A stretch of DNA of 45,145 nt, taken from positions 51,967-97,111 of the forward strand of contig CAJFCJ010000090.1 in assembly GCA_904063045.1 (NCBI GenBank), written 5' to 3'. A program made the position numbers and the translations under genes. Origin of the DNA: Dimorphilus gyrociliatus (taxonomy: Eukaryota > Animalia > Annelida). Below the pieces are notes generated by a model. It ran no database searches. It saw nothing but the letters and a program-made list of their open reading frames with translations, and was not told the origin of the DNA. Positions 1 to 11,989 of this stretch are shown in pieces (position 1 is the stretch's first letter; each line of letters begins with the position of its first letter).

Positions 1-3000
1 ATGCAGTACTTTTAAAAGGTATTGAGAAACTAAGATATAGACAAAAATACAATAAAAATATCTTATTTAGCCAATGCCACAATCAGCAGTGTATCAGCAA
101 TGAAAAAGTCTGTGACAATGAAATTAATTGTTTTGATTCAAGTGATGAAATATGTTTTCATCAAAATTCTATTCTTCAAATATATACTAAAAGTTTAAAA
201 AACACATCTAACTATCATAACCAGACTAATCCAGAAAATATTTCTTTTAAATACAGATTGCAATTCAAAATTCCAAATAGAGTGTGATAGTTCATGTTTA
301 ACAAAACATAAAATCTGTGATTTTAAAGTCGATTGTTCCAGTGGAAATGATGAAAACATGTGTAAAAGATTTTCAACTGGTTCTAATCCAAATCGAAAAG
401 TAAATTATACAGAATGTTCATTAGAATATGACACTATGAATAATTTAATATCAAAAATAAGATATCCGTATTCATCTTTAAAATTCTGCATAAAATCTAA
501 TTGTTTGAAATCTCAATATAAATGCTTTTATTCTGGGTTTTGTATTAACATTGATAGAGTTTGCGATGGAATTAATCATTGCCTAAATAATGATGATGAA
601 TTATTTTGTGGTTTCTCTCATTTTTATCCTTCTCAGAGAATTTCCAAATATAAAGTCCTCTTTTTTCAGATGATTTTATAGCTCCTGGATTTTTTAAATG
701 CAGAAATGAATCAAGGTATATTTCAAATGCTCAACTATGTAATGGAAAGTTGGATTGCACAAAAGGAAGTGATGAACTTTTCTGTACAACTCCTGAAAAG
801 TATTTCACTAATCTCTGTAAATATTCAAATCCATTTTCCATTTCTTGTATAACAAATGAAAAATTGGTGAATTTCAATCTTGATGAAAATTTTAAATATA
901 TTTCACTTCATGGAAATTTTGTTTTAAGACAAAATCAACATTTTTACAACATTTTTATATTAAAAATCTCATCAAATAATGTGCTTGACAGATGGATGAA
1001 TATTCAATTTCCAAATGTTATCTTTCTACAAATTGTTCATACCATTTCAAAACAGTTTTCAGTCTTTGATAAATTCAAATTATCTTTACTCCAACACATG
1101 AATCTATCAAATAATCCAATTGACAAATTGGATGATATTTTCAAATTTGAAATGAATAATCTAATGACTTTAGATTTATCATCAACAAACATAGAAAATA
1201 TAAAAAGAGTTCATTTCAGACATTTAACCAGATTGCATCTTTTGAAAATGCAAAATTGTGTGTTAAGAAATATTGAAGAAAATTCATTTCAGTTTTTGAA
1301 GAATGTGAAATTTTTGTATATGAAAAGAACAAAATTTCCAGTAAAATTCATTAAATATTTTGCAATGCATATGTTAAAATTAAAAATAATTGAAAGTGAA
1401 AGTTTTCAATTGTGTTGTTTGGTTGAGAAATCTTTGTCAAAAGTGGAGAAATGTCAACCGAAGCCTTCTGGTTTTTTAACTTGTCACAACATAATTCCAT
1501 CAGTTTTTTTAAGAATAATCTTTTGGATAATTGGAATTGTTGGTTTTTTTGCTAATGTCATTTCTTTTTTTATTATCATTTTTTCCAAATTGAAATCGAA
1601 ATTGTATAGAATTTGTTTGTCAATTGGAGATTTGTTGACAGCAGTCTATATTCTTTCTATTGCTGTTGCTGACATAATTTTATCTAGTACAAAATTTTTA
1701 TTAAATGAAGAAGAATGGAGATTCAGTAACACCTGTTCAATTCTTGGCACAGTTTTAACATTTTCTCTATTGCTATCATTATTTTCAATTCTGTGTCTGG
1801 CAATTGAACGTTTCGAAATAATTCTATATATTCTAAGAGAACCTTTAATGCTAAAATATAGAAAACAAATCTTAATTTTTGGGATTATGGTGATTGGAAT
1901 TATCTCCAACATGCCAATTGTTTTTTACAAGGTTGATACTTTTTAGTTAATATTTTTTTTTAATTTTGCAAATTACTTTCCAAAATCTATTTAGAGTTTT
2001 TATTCAAAATCAACAATTTGTTTCAATATTCAAATTCGAAGTGATAAAAATGAGGGTTCCTTTCACTCATTTATAACATTTGGACTATTGGCTTTCATTA
2101 TATCAACTTTAATATTTGTTTTATATATAAAAATTGTATTAAAAGTGCATTCAAGTAGTTTAACAAAGAAGACTAGATTTTCTAAAAGTATACTATTTAT
2201 TACATTTTCAAATGTTTTATGTTGGTTTCCAGTTTCATTTCTTTGTATGTCAAGTTTATTAAAAAATGATAAAAAACCTTTAATTTTTATATGTTAACTT
2301 TTATTGAAAGCAATTCTGTCAAGATTTGTTGTTTTAAATATGAAAAATAATACATACACCATCTTTTTTATCACATTTATTCCTGCAAATTCCTTAATAA
2401 ATCCATTGATTTTTTGCTTTAATCACGTGGTATATTGTTACAGAATGAACGGTCTAAAAAAAAGAGAAGACAGGTATAATTTTTTTCATGTTTTTTTGTG
2501 AAAACTAATTGATGGACTACTGGCTTTTTTTTTAGAGATAGAGCATTAACATCATTGAAGAATGGCATAACTGAATATTGTATTTTAGATATATAACTTT
2601 TTAAATTTTGAAATAATTGATTTTACTAATGTTTTTTTAAATTTGAACAGACGTAACATTTTTTAATAGAGAATTTAAAACTATTTCATTTTTCTTCTAC
2701 TCAACAAAGAGTATTAAAGTGAAAATTGATAGCAAATTTTTTAAAAATTTTAAATATTTTAAATGTTTTTTTTTTTTGATTAAATGTATTAAATCTATAC
2801 ATGAAAATTCATTAAATGTAGGAATTGATGAAATGGAAAGGTGTTTATATAGTAAAGTAATACACGTTTTTGTTTTATTTTTTTTAATTTTTATTTTTTC
2901 ATAAGATTCTGACAAACATTTTAATTTTTAACAGAATGAAATGTACTACTTTTATTGTGAAAAATTTTTAATGTTAACTGAGGAAGGTTCTGCTATAGAC

Positions 3001-3057
3001 ATGTTCAATTATGGAAAATTTGTTGAAGATTGTCTTAAAAAGAAATTTGAATTTTAA
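1..3057 (+). CDS. Gene A: GRL101-like LGR GPCR (LDLa-LRR-7TM) with C-terminal kinase-like tail; multi-exon, 5' part lies upstream of the window
   Basis: LDLa modules (CISNEKVCDNEINCFDSSDE, CINIDRVCDGINHCLNNDDE, LCNGKLDCTKGSDELFC), LRRs (LQHMNLSNNPI, LMTLDLSSTNI), TM1-4 in ORF 750..1946 (AIERF), TM5-6 (SNVLCWFP), TM7 (NSLINPLIF). Hand-spliced introns include 611..681, 1932..1996, 2474..2535, 2580..2650 and 2857..2934; stop TAA at 3055..3057. Confidence 0.85.
2536..3057 (+). CDS. Gene A C-terminal pseudokinase-like domain (exons 2536..2579, 2651..2856, 2935..3057)
   Basis: Spliced translation ...FLIKCIKSIHENSLNVGIDEMERCLYSK/NEMYYFYCEKFLMLTEEGSAIDMFNYGKFVEDCLKKKFEF*. All junctions are GT-AG and phase-compatible, and the segment is homologous to the tails of B, C and D. 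Confidence 0.7.
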
Positions 3058-3467
3058 ACTGTTATCAATTTTTTGTTTTAGTTTCGTTATATGTTTTTTA
3101 TTGGATCATATGCATTGAGTAATTTGAATACAAGGTTTAATTAAGCTTTGTATTTAATGAGATCATAAATAACATCAAATGGTTCAGCAAATGATTTTTA
3201 AATTTGGAAAAATATTTTTTTCCTGATCTGTTAGTTACTAGAATAACATCATAATTACCAATAGTTTAGAGATTAATCAATTCATTTTCTGCTAAGACTA
3301 TTATAATTCAGCAAAATAATATAATCTAGATTTCAAATAATAGTAGTTAATTAAGTTATTAAAGAAGGAACTACATATACATTTTCACATAATTACTCTA
3401 CTTTTTTTGCCTTTGTTTATTCTATAAGTTATATATTACTATAAAACTGAAAAAAATCTTATGATTA

Positions 3468-6400
3468 ATGAATAAAATGTACACAATACAAGAAATCATT
3501 ACAATTTCACTTCTCTATATATTTGTATTTGAATATTCAAATGGAGTACAAAACTTAAGTTTTGTACAATTTTATGAAGATGATATTTCATATAAAACTC
3601 TCATATTTGGAAATGCTAATAAAACAGAAGACTTCCGAATTAATTTTGATGAAAGCTCTTCATCTTTCTTTGAAAGATCTAAAATCTTGTTTTGTAGAGA
3701 GAATGGCTATGACTCATCTATGGCAAAAATTTCTTTTACATTAACAAAAGAAATTGAAAAAGCAAGAAAACTTGTAAAAGCTATACCGTGCTGTCAATTG
3801 TATGTATTAATAGGAAAATAGAATATTTAAATAGTTAGCAGGTCTTGCTGTAGAATTTATATTTTTAAAACAAGCTTACAATAATAAAGCTAAATCTTAT
3901 AAATGTAGAATTGAAAAATTTTTCGGGATTTTAAAAATAGGTTAACAACTCCTAATGCAGCTAAAGATAAGATATATAGTGGTCGACAAAAAAACCCGGA
4001 CACCATAATTTCGATAGGCCAAACATTATAAATCTTTTTCACCAGCAAAAAAGATTTTTTTTTTTATTTTTCAGGTATAAAATAGTAGTTTAAAGTTTGA
4101 TATATACACGAGTTTCTTTTAAATATCATTTAGATAAGTTTTCACATAAGTGTTTTTGTTTTCTTATTATCCATTTTTTGATGATTTTTTTTCTTATTTG
4201 GCCATGAGACATTATTACTTGGACGATGGTTTGGGGATTAATATTTTTATTATTTTTGAATATGACAACCCTCATTTGCAATACATTTGCTAATCCTACC
4301 TCCCATCCCTGCATATAAACTTGGTAGCAAGTCAGGATTTTGACTTATAACCTGGTATGAACATTTTTTTATTTTCTCCCACAGTTCATCCCCAGATTGA
4401 AATTGTGCACCATTGTAAACTAAATTTTTTGTCAGGTGTCACATATTTTCTATAGGGCTCAGGTCAGGGCTCTTTGCTGGCCAATCAATTGGATTGATAC
4501 CATTCATTCGAAAGGCCCTCCTAGTTGCTCTTGCTGTGTGGCAGCCTGCTTTATCTTGTTGGAAGATGTAATTCCTGCCCATTTTGAGTGATATCTCTTC
4601 AATGACAGGAAGAACATCTTCCACAACAAAACAGCTATAATTTTGGGCAGTCAATTTTTGACTTATCCTCCAAACTTCAAATACCCATCTCAGGTTATTA
4701 ATCCCCACACCATCACTCCACCTCTTCCCATATTTTTGGTGACTCTAAAATTTTTTTCACCATCTTTTGTCCATGTCCTGAAATCATCAGGCCCACTCAG
4801 AGAGAATCTGGCCTTGTCTGTGAAAATCACTCTTGACCAGTCCAGATTTTCAGCAATTGTTTTGAGGCAGTATTCTTTTCTTCTTGCACAATCCTTAGGT
4901 GGTGTGAGATCAACTCTCTGTCTAATCCTTTTATAATTATAATTTTGCCTCTTCAGCTCTCTCTGAATGGTCTTGAGACTCACATTGACCTCTAATTCTG
5001 CTAAAACCTTTCCTGCTGTCACCCTTTCCTTATTTCTCTTAAGTCTCTTTACTATTCTTTTTATCCTCACTATGTCTCTTTCTGTTAGCTTCTTTGTACA
5101 ACCCCTGTTCTCTTGTTGTGGTGGCTCATATCTCAAAATGTCACTAATGGTAGATGGTGCCATTCCCAAAGCCCTTGCAGTTGCCCTAATTTTTCCCAAT
5201 TCTTTGTATTTCTTAAATACTAGATTCCTAACCTCTTTACCCCATGCCATAATTAAGTAAATAGAATTTAAAGTTAACTACAGTAATTAAAATAGATCAA
5301 AAGTGATTACTTAACTTTGAAAATTAGTTTGGTCAAAAAAAATTTCTGTTTGGGATGTTAATTTGAATCCAAAACTGGAAACAAAATGGATGTGCTGTTA
5401 ATAACGTCTCATGGCCAAATAAAGAAAAAATTAATTAAAATTAGTAAAAAATTTTTTCCTATTAATATTCACAAATATGATAATTTTGTCATTTTTTTTC
5501 AATATTACAGAAATATAATCCTTTATCAATGTAAATTGCCTAAAAAAACTAATTTCAAACTAAAAAACATATTTTTGGGGTGATTTAAAAATTGGCCTAT
5601 CAAAATTTACAGTGTCCGGGTTTTTTAGTCCACCACTATATATCAAAGAGGGAAAGAGAGATGGAGAAAGAGAATCCTTTAGGTAGGCCTAGAAAAGTTT
5701 GAATGTTTTACTATTTTGAAACAAAATTAAGGCCAAACTAAAAAAAAGACTGCATATTTTTTGTCATTTTTTAAAAATATAGTTTTAGTAGTAAAGTTTC
5801 CTTTCAATATCTCCAAAAAACACTGAAAATTTTTGAACCAATTCACATTAAATATTCTTATTTCTTTAGCGGAAGTGAAATATATTTAACAAAATTTAAC
5901 CTTATTCTGCAATGTTTTCGAAAAAACTCTTCTAGTAAATTAAATATGATTTTGAATTATTTTAAAGAAGTTTCTTTTTCTAATAGTCTTTATTTTTTTA
6001 GTTATTTTTGGAATGAGAAACAAATTGAATTATTATTACTTAATTTTAAAAATGAAAAATGACTACTTTGCTATTGAATCATCAGTTAAAAATAGGAAAT
6101 TTTTGTGTAAAGGAATACAAATAATTGTAAATTTTATGGATACAAAAATTTTGAATAAAAGAATATTTTTAAAATTAAATCAAGAAAATGGAACCAAAAG
6201 CATTTTTAATCAAAGTAAACTCTACAATTTCAACAATATTCTTCATTGTTTCTATGATGAAATTGATGGTAAAATTTAAACCTTTTTCTTTATATTTTAA
6301 AAAGTTTATTCTCTTTTTTACAGAAATACAAATTCTTTATGATTTAAATATAAAAGATTTAATTAATATTGTTCCACAAATAAATTCCAAAATTATGAAT

Positions 6401-9400
6401 GAGTTAACCATAATCCATTCAAAAATTTATGGATTTAGAATATTACTATTTGGAAAATCAAATGTTTCAGTTGTTGCAGCCTACAAGTTCATTTGTAATT
6501 CAATGTCAAAAATGTTTGGTCCATTTTTCAAGGGTTTTCTTCAATCATTTCCCCATCGAAGTGTAAATATACCTTTAAAAAAATTTACAATACAAACAAT
6601 TTCTTCTCAAAAATATCTCTTTTTAAGAATTTAATTTTAGAAATTGTTTCTTATAAAATTAATGATGGCACATTACAAATTTATGAAGCTATGATTTTTC
6701 CATATCTGTCAAGAGATCCTGGTTATATTTCAAAAACAAAGATACTTTGTCAAAGAAAACCAAGTTATTCATTAGGTAAATTTTTCTATTTATGGGTAAA
6801 GGTTAAATATGTTTGATTTTGTCTTGAAAAATTTGTTTAGAAAGTGATGTAAGCTTAATCATTTAAATTTTCGAATTTAATAGATATTTAATAAGTTAAA
6901 AATTTTCAATTTTATACCTAATTTGCCTGATCCCATTTATCTCATTAATAAGAAAATCAGTATAATTACTTATAATAATTTAACAGATAGAAAATTGTAT
7001 TTTTTGAATAAAGAACAAAAATTAATAAACTTAAAATCAAATCATATATTAAGAAATTTTACTGGAAGACTTGTTGTTTATAAAAATGAGATGTTTTTTA
7101 TTATAAAACTTTTAACATCAAAAAGCGTTAATTTAATTTGTCAACATTTTGGCTTTAACAATGGAAAAATTTCAGATAATTCACAAAACAATCTTGTTAG
7201 AGATAATTATGTAAACAATCAATTTACAGCTCTTCTATCACATTTCTATTGTAATAATAATGAAACAAAGATAGAAAATTGTCAAATTGTTGATGGAAAG
7301 TATGATGGAAAACAAAATATTCCAAAAAATTTAACATTGAATCAAAAATTCTTTAGATATAGCAAAAGACAACTCTTTAAATATGGAGGAGTAGATATCA
7401 CCTGTAAAAATAAATTACTTATAGAAGAATGTATCTTGTTTTTAAAATTAAAAAAGAAAATCTATTTAAACTATACATTTTTTTCTTTTATTTAGACAAA
7501 AATGAATGTGAAGCAAATGATTCATTCATATTTGAAAATACTTGTTATAAGGTGTTTGCCATTGACAATCGCATTCCACTTTATAAAATGCAACAATATT
7601 GTTATGATAGAAATATGACTTTATTTGATTTTCCTTCCAATCAGCAAATCTTTCTAACATTTTATCTTCAATTTTTAGTATATTTTAAAAGACATAAAAC
7701 ATTGGATGATTTTTTTCCAACCCAACACAGCATAAAAATTTATACAAGTAAGAAAGTAATGATTTGAAATTCAATCTTTTATATATAAAAATTATTCTTT
7801 TTAAATGTAGAAGTAAACCAAAAAAAGTACAGAAAAAAATTAATTACTGTAACAACAAGCAATTATGATATTTCTTATCTGTCAATTGCTGAAATTCTTC
7901 AAAGAGAACAATTTAAATTAACAGTTTCAAAATTGAAATACGAAATGAAATTATTTGAAAGTTATTTTACACAAGAGATTACAGATGAATGCATTTCCTT
8001 AACATCTAAAATAGATAAGTAACTATACACTGTATATAGAAAACAAATTTTTTCAACAAAGTCCTACAATAGCGTACGAACTTTTTTCCAGGTCAAAAAG
8101 AATAGTTGATCAAATGCTCTATACTACTCCTTGTAAATATAGAACAGATATTGTTGTTTGCCAAAAGCAATACTTTTTGGGTAAAAACTAACTGCCTTGA
8201 AAGAGAAAGTGTCCATATTTTTTCAAATTATAAGTTATTTTTAAAAAGCATACTGTAAAAAAATAATATATACAAGTTAAGTCACAAAGTTAATATGGTA
8301 CGAGTAGCTAAATCAAAACCAAAAAAATTTTAGTTTCTAAAAAAAAAACACAAAATATATATGGATATTTTCTGCGGAAAAAGGATATTTTCGTGGCATG
8401 AACTAATGCATCTTTAATTTACTAAAAAAGAGGCTTATCAATTTCATGGCTTCTTTCATCTAAATAATCAAATTGAGAAATGTTTAGATCAACATTTCTT
8501 TTGTAATAAAAGTAAAATTTGTATAAATTCAATTTATGTTTGTGATGGTGTTAATGATTGTCTGTTTGAGGAAGATGAAGATCAATGTGAATTTTACACC
8601 GAAACCAGATTTCATTGTTCAAATAACAAAGAAATAATTAGTTATTCACTTCTATGTGATTTTGTTCCTGATTGTGATGATCAGTCTGATGAACTGCTCT
8701 GCTGTAAGCAAATTAATTTTCAAATCATATCTTGGTTTTTCTTACAAGTATTTAAATTCTTATTGTTTCAAAAGATTACAAGCTATGCAGTACTTTTAAA
8801 AGGTATTGAGAAACTAAGATATAGACAAAAATACAATAAAAATATCTTATTTAGCCAATGCCACAATCAGCAGTGTATCAGCAATGAAAAAGTCTGTGAC
8901 AATGAAATTAATTGTTTTGATTCAAGTGATGAAATATGTTTTCATCAAAATTCTATTCTTCAAATATATACTAAAAGTTTAAAAAACACATCTAACTGTC
9001 ATAACCAGACTAATCCAGAAAATATTTTTTTAAAAACACAGACTGCAATTTAAAATTCCAAATTGAGTGTGATAATTCATGTTTAACCCGCAACAAAAAA
9101 TGTGATTTCAAAGTTGATTGCTCCAATAAGAAAGACGAAGACAATTGTTTACAGGAACTAAATTATAGTAATGAAACACAACTGTTAAATTATACAGAAT
9201 GTTCATTAGAATATGACACTATGAATAATTTAATATCAAAAATAAGATATCCGTATTCATCTTTAAAATTCTGCATAAAATCTAATTGTTTGAAATCTCA
9301 ATATAAATGCTTTTATTCTGGGTTTTGTATTAACATTGATAGAGTTTGCGATGGAATTAATCATTGCCTAAATAATGATGATGAATTATTTTGTGGTTTC

Positions 9401-11862
9401 TCTCATTTTTATCCTTCTCAGAGAATTTCCAAATATAAAGTCCTCTTTTTTCAGATGATTTTATAGCTCCTGGATTTTTTAAATGCAGAAATGAATCAAG
9501 GTATATTTCAAATGCTCAACTATGTAATGGAAAGTTGGATTGCACAAAAGGAAGTGATGAACTTTTCTGTACAACTCCTGAAAAGTATTTCACTAATCTC
9601 TGTAAATATTCAAATCCATTTTCCATTTCTTGTATAACAAATGAAAAATTGGTGAATTTCAATCTTGATGAAAATTTTAAATATATTTCACTTCATGGAA
9701 ATTTTGTTTTAAGACAAAATCAACATTTTTACAACATTTTTATATTAAAAATCTCATCAAATAATGTGCTTGACAGATGGATGAATATTCAATTTCCAAA
9801 TGTTATCTTTCTACAAATTGTTCATACCATTTCAAAACAGTTTTCAGTCTTTGATAAATTCAAATTATCTTTACTCCAACACATGAATCTATCAAATAAT
9901 CCAATTGACAAATTGGATGATATTTTCAAATTTGAAATGAATAATCTAATGACTTTAGATTTATCATCAACAAACATAGAAAATATAAAAAGAGTTCATT
10001 TCAGACATTTAACCAGATTGCATCTTTTGAAAATGCAAAATTGTGTGTTAAGAAATATTGAAGAAAATTCATTTCAGTTTTTGAAGAATGTGAAATTTTT
10101 GTATATGAAAAGAACAAAATTTCCAGTAAAATTCATTAAATATTTTGCAATGCATATGTTAAAATTAAAAATAATTGAAAGTGAAAGTTTTCAATTGTGT
10201 TGTTTGGTTGAGAAATCTTTGTCAAAAGTGGAGAAATGTCAACCGAAGCCTTCTGGTTTTTTAACTTGTCACAACATAATTCCATCAGTTTTTTTAAGAA
10301 TAATCTTTTGGATAATTGGAATTGTTGGTTTTTTTGCTAATGTCATTTCTTTTTTTATTATCATTTTTTCCAAATTGAAATCGAAATTGTATAGAATTTG
10401 TTTGTCAATTGGAGATTTGTTGACAGCAGTCTATATTCTTTCTATTGCTGTTGCTGACATAATTTTATCTAGTACAAAATTTTTATTAAATGAAGAAGAA
10501 TGGAGATTCAGTAACACCTGTTCAATTCTTGGCACAGTTTTAACATTTTCTCTATTGCTATCATTATTTTCAATTCTGTGTCTGGCAATTGAACGTTTCG
10601 AAATAATTCTATATATTCTAAGAGAACCTTTAATGCTAAAATATAGAAAACAAATCTTAATTTTTGGGATTATGGTGATTGGATTAATCTCTAATATACC
10701 AACTATGCTTTATAAGGTTTTTTTGAAATTTTTTTGTTTAGGAATAGTCTCAACCATTTTTTTTGTACTTATATTAGAGTTTTTATTCAAAATCAACTAT
10801 TTGCTTTAACATTCAGATTAGAAGTGACAATGCTGAAGGATCAGTTTATTCATTATTGACATTTGGTCTTTTAGCATTTTTCATAAGTTCACTTATCTTT
10901 GTATTATATGTAAAAATAGCATTTAAAGTAAATTCAACCAGTTTAACAAAGAAGACTAAATTATCCAAAAGTATTTTTTTTATTACATTTTCAAATGTTT
11001 TATGTTGGTTTCCAATCTCATTTCTTTGTATGTCAAGTTTATGAAAGCCATAGATAACTTTAAAACTTTTAATCTAATTTTTTTTCACAGCACTTTTATC
11101 AAGATTTTTTGTTCTGAATATGAAGAATAATATATACATTGTCGTTGTTGTAACACTTATTCCTATGAATTCGTTGTTAAATCCACTTATATTTTGTTTT
11201 AATCACTCACTCCATCTGTACAAAATGAATGTTGCAAGAAAAAGGGATAAAAGGTGTTTTTTTATTGATTTTAAATAGTTGTTAGAATCGAATGTTTTTT
11301 TATTTTAATATTTTTGTGCTGTAGGCAATTAATTACTTCTACTTTGAAGAACAAAGTTATAGAGCAATGTATTTCATTCCCCTTTTTTGGTTTTTGTTTG
11401 TTTTTTAGAATTAATGGTTTTTTTTGAAAAATCAGATGTAAACTTTTTCAATGGAGGAATAAAGACAATATCATTATTTTTAATTTCTTCTAAGAAGAAA
11501 ATTAGATTCAATATAGATATGAATTTTTTCAAAAATTTCCAATACGTTAAATGTTTTACATTTGTTATAAAATTCATTAAAACTGCTCATGAACATTGTC
11601 TTTCCATTGGTGATGAAGATCTTGAAAATTCATTATATTTTATAGTAATAATTTTTTCTTTGTTTAAATTAATAATGTTTCTTTTAAAATCAAGTTCTTT
11701 TCTCTTTTTTAGAATTCACAATATTTTTTTTATGGTGAAAAATTTTTCCTTTTAACAAAAATAAGATCAACTTCAGATATTTTAAATTATGGTAATTTTG
11801 TTAGAAAATCCCTGCAAAAAAGGATTGTTTTTGTTAACAAATTTAGTAAAGGAGAAATTTAA
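3468..11862 (+). CDS. Gene B: complete GRL101-like LGR GPCR (signal peptide, SRCR-like repeats, CTL-like, six LDLa, LRR, 7TM, pseudokinase-like tail)
   Basis: Hydrophobic leader at 3468 (ITISLLYIFVFEYSNG); SRCR-like motifs (FCRENGY, FTGRLVVYKN...LICQHFGF); CTL-like ECEANDSFIFENTCYKVF...MQQYCYDRNMTL; LDLa at about 8480..9570; LRR/TM1-4 ORF 9535..10809; TM5-6 10856..11044; TM7 NSLLNPLIF. Intron 1 (3800..5869) contains a Tc1 element. Stop at 11860..11862. Confidence 0.85.
3977..5638 (-). mobile_element. Full-length Tc1 (DD34E) DNA transposon with a disrupted transposase, in intron 1 of gene B
   Basis: TA target duplications at 3975-3976 and 5639-5640; terminal inverted repeats tagtggtcgacaaaaaaacccggacac / gtgtccgggttttttagtccaccacta; inner inverted motif ttggccatgagac / gtctcatggccaa. 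Transposase runs 5250..4250 on the minus strand (TDKARF, QQDKAGCH, DLSPIE; 34 residues between D and E) with a frameshift near 4700 and a premature TGA at 4439..4441. Confidence 0.93.
8785..10683 (+). repeat. Near-identical duplicate of 1..1898 (gene A/B shared tract)
   Basis: 1..~240 matches 8785..~9025 (one substitution seen, 214/8998). 401..1898 matches 9186..10683 with identical translation and apparently identical intron. A diverged LDLa patch lies between the two blocks. Confidence 0.92.
11325..11862 (+). CDS. Gene B C-terminal pseudokinase-like domain (exons 11325..11368, 11436..11644, 11713..11862)
   Basis: ...FTFVIKFIKTAHEHCLSIGDEDLENSLYFI/NSQYFFYGEKFFLLTKIRSTSDILNYGNFVRKSLQKRIVF...; same exon phases as gene A. 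Confidence 0.72.
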
Positions 11863-11989
11863 GAATGTTTTTTTAAAATTGCTTTTTTGTATTAAATAAA
11901 AAAAAGATTTTTCACTGAAATATATATAGTAGTTGATTTTATATCAAAAATATATTTTCAAATATAATAATAAAGCCAATAGTCACAAT

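Noticed and set aside
1646-1912. Antisense ORFs over coding regions (also 4643..4936, 4967..5260, 20582..20881, 21743..21925, 32866..33381, 34012..34650, 35388..35828)
   Set aside because: Shadow frames opposite real genes or transposases, with no independent motifs.
358-2501. Apparent premature stops splitting gene A (and likewise B, C, D) into many ORFs, suggesting pseudogenes
   Set aside because: Each break examined coincides with a short GT-AG intron with compatible phases. Most ORF-track starts are TTG/GTG inside exons.
2719-2904. Small hydrophobic ORFs 2719..2904 and 11387..11755 as stand-alone membrane microproteins
   Set aside because: Their hydrophobic ends are intron read-through (poly-T tracts); the conserved parts are internal exons of the GPCR tails.
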